DNA from: Octopus bimaculoides
Lineage: Eukaryota
Assembly: GCF_001194135.2 (NCBI RefSeq)
Contig: NC_068983.1
Span: 80,979,515 to 81,043,514, forward strand
Direction of reading: 5' to 3'
DNA length: 64,000 nt
In this document: positions 61,700-64,000 of the stretch, piece after piece
Layout: every line of letters starts with the position of its first letter
Position numbering within the stretch: position 1 is the first letter of the stretch
Translations under genes and position numbers: made by a program
Notes under the pieces: model-generated
Seen by the model: the letters and a program-made list of their open reading frames with translations, nothing else
The model's database searches: none
What the model was told of the DNA's origin: nothing

Positions 61700-62450
61700 T
61701 TAGAGAGAGGGGACAAGGAAATCTGCGACAGGATAAAAGCTAGTCTTGAAGCCCATTGTAAAATTGTAACATGAGTTCTGCTGGTAGATTTCAGATTGTC
61801 AAACAATGAAAGATCAGAACATAACTATTTTGTGAGGAAATAAAATAGAACAGAAACATACACAGCATTGGCTGTGAGAAAGAAGTTGCAAGAAAAGCTT
61901 GTAGAAAAAGTGTTGACCATGATAATTACATATACTAACTAACAAGTTTAAACATTCTAAGAAGTCATAGAACTTATCAAATTTTGATATGTTTAGTTTT
62001 GAATATGGATTATGATGAGTAATTGGAACAGCTGAAATTAGGTGTAAGTATAGCAGTCTAGATTGTGTTTGTAGATGAGAAAGAGGAAATTTGTAAAAGG
62101 TATCTGGTGGGCAGTGGAAATATTAATTACTAGAAATAACCTGAAATAGTATCCACAACAGCTTTTTTAAAATTAGAGTATTAAGTGGGGTGTGTCCATA
62201 TTGAAATTTTTGACTAAGATTAACTATGGTGGAAGGTGGAAAGCTTTAGCTGGAATTTGATGAAAATATGGAGTATAATTAAGAGAATTTTGTCAAATGA
62301 AGGAAACAAACAATTTGACTAAGCTGGAATGCACAAGAATAATTGGAAAACTTTTTGATATCTTCATAGATTAATCAATGCTAAACTTTACATGGATACA
62401 AAGTTCACCTTTTTAGCTGAAGCTGATGCTGAGAATATAACTGAGGAGAT
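61700..62450 (-). mobile_element. Possible very old Jockey/CR1-group LINE remnant in the intron
   Basis: Scattered motifs in the expected order: ISKSF...VHSSLVKL, FLIYKHNL, LQLLSH...VLFY...LCSDL; weak. Confidence 0.35.
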
Positions 62451-64000
62451 AAGATTGAGATTATTATTTGAGAGGAATAGTACATAAAAATGTTATTATT
62501 TGAATTTAGTGGTGTTGAATGTCATATGAGTCAGTAAAGTTTTCAACTGATAATCTTAATATTGTCTGAATACTGCGAATAATGAAGGTTGAGTTCAATA
62601 TTGTATACATCAGAATCATAAATGTTTTTCCGAGGAAATTAGTGTTTGATTTGGTAAATATTTATAACATTACAAGGAACATGTCTGAACAAGATAGAAT
62701 GGCAGCTATTACACTTGGGAAATGTTTTGCATTTTCTGTCTGCAGCTGCAGCATTATGTTTCCATCTTATTACACAGAAAAGGATGGTGGGATTTAGACA
62801 TGCTAATTAGATACCTTCTAAATATCATTAGTATGATAATTCTTCATACAATTAAGCTACAAGTAAAATAAAGTTTTCTTTATGAAACAACATAATATTT
62901 TCATTTAAAAATAAATCATCAATCATTTACATAGATTTTAAGATTTTTATTATTTTCAAATGAAAAAACTATGCTGTTTCCTAAATGTTGTGTTACTTAA
63001 CTAACTGGATGATGAATTATCATACATATATTATTTAGAGTATATCTAATTACTGTTTCTAGATCCCTTTCTTTCTCTGTGTGTAACGAAAAAGTAAACA
63101 TGAATGCAGCAGCACATAAAATGTCTTTGAATTATTGTAAAAATCTTGTAACATGCACCATCATGAAGTTAGTGTTATACTAGTAAATCCATTATTAAAA
63201 TTTAATGATTTCATTAAAATTTTAAAGAAATGATATATTTTAAAGAAAATAACATTTTCTGAAAATATATTTATCAAACGATATGTCAAGTTGAAAACTA
63301 TAATCATGTAAAATCTATTTTCTTTTACTTTTATATAATATTTAAGCATTCAAAATGAAATCATAGTAAACTGTAAATGGCTGCAAGAAATTAGAAAATC
63401 CTAGAAATGCTCTTGCAATTTGACTGATAATAAAAGTTGATATACTTATTCTTAGGGTTTCTAATAAAGAAAAAGTAACATAATCTGCTTTATGCTTACT
63501 GCATTTAAAATTCAAATATTGTTTGAAAAGCAGATGATCTTATTAAATCTAATTATATTTAGAATATTAAATAATACATGGGCATTTTCAAAGTATAAAG
63601 TAAATATTACCTTGAGACACTTACTTCATTAGTAAACTTCAAATGAGGTAATTATCTGATTAAAGAAACTTTGATTGTATTCTAAATTAGCTATTTATGG
63701 GCCAGTTCACATTACTGGTTTTAAAAATGCTATGTTTTTAGAGAGTTGTCTAACCGTTATTGAGGATTTGCTCATAATATATATTTAAAAAATCACAGGA
63801 ATAATACAAAAACTCTTATAGTGAAACTTTAACAGTTTGTCATGGTTTCTAGTTAACTTTACAGCTAGGAAAGTCACATTTCAATGAAGCACAACCCTAG
63901 GTTGATGCTGAGCAATTTGAAATATCAGTTTTGATTAAGAAACTATCCCAACAGAAAAAGAAGGAGGAAGAGGAAGAAGAAGGAGGAAGAAGTTTATTAT

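Overview
64 kb of very AT-rich eukaryotic genomic DNA with four N gaps and many microsatellites; the repeat landscape suggests an Octopus-like cephalopod (inference, not searched). Only one intact host coding region is supported: the terminal coding exon (56247-57197, minus) of a rotund/squeeze/lin-29 (ZNF384/ZNF362 family) C2H2 transcription factor, whose upstream exon(s) I could not identify in the window. The first ~45 kb is a layered transposon graveyard: two tRNA-derived SINE families, four R4/Dong-type LINE fragments sitting in (TAA)n tracts, Tx1-, RTE- and Jockey/CR1-type LINE remnants, hAT-type MITEs, a Tc1/mariner deletion derivative and a Helitron-like element. The most notable items are a fossil Kolobok-like DNA transposon (THAP ORF and KolX-like ORF facing each other between TTAA sites) carrying a CRE-clade retrotransposon with a 69-bp target-site duplication, a 179-bp foldback palindrome, and a (TTA)n-linked insertion nest at 27.6-32.3 kb. 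All family assignments come from manual translation and motif recognition, and boundaries of decayed elements are approximate. I found no evidence for a novel intact multi-gene system.
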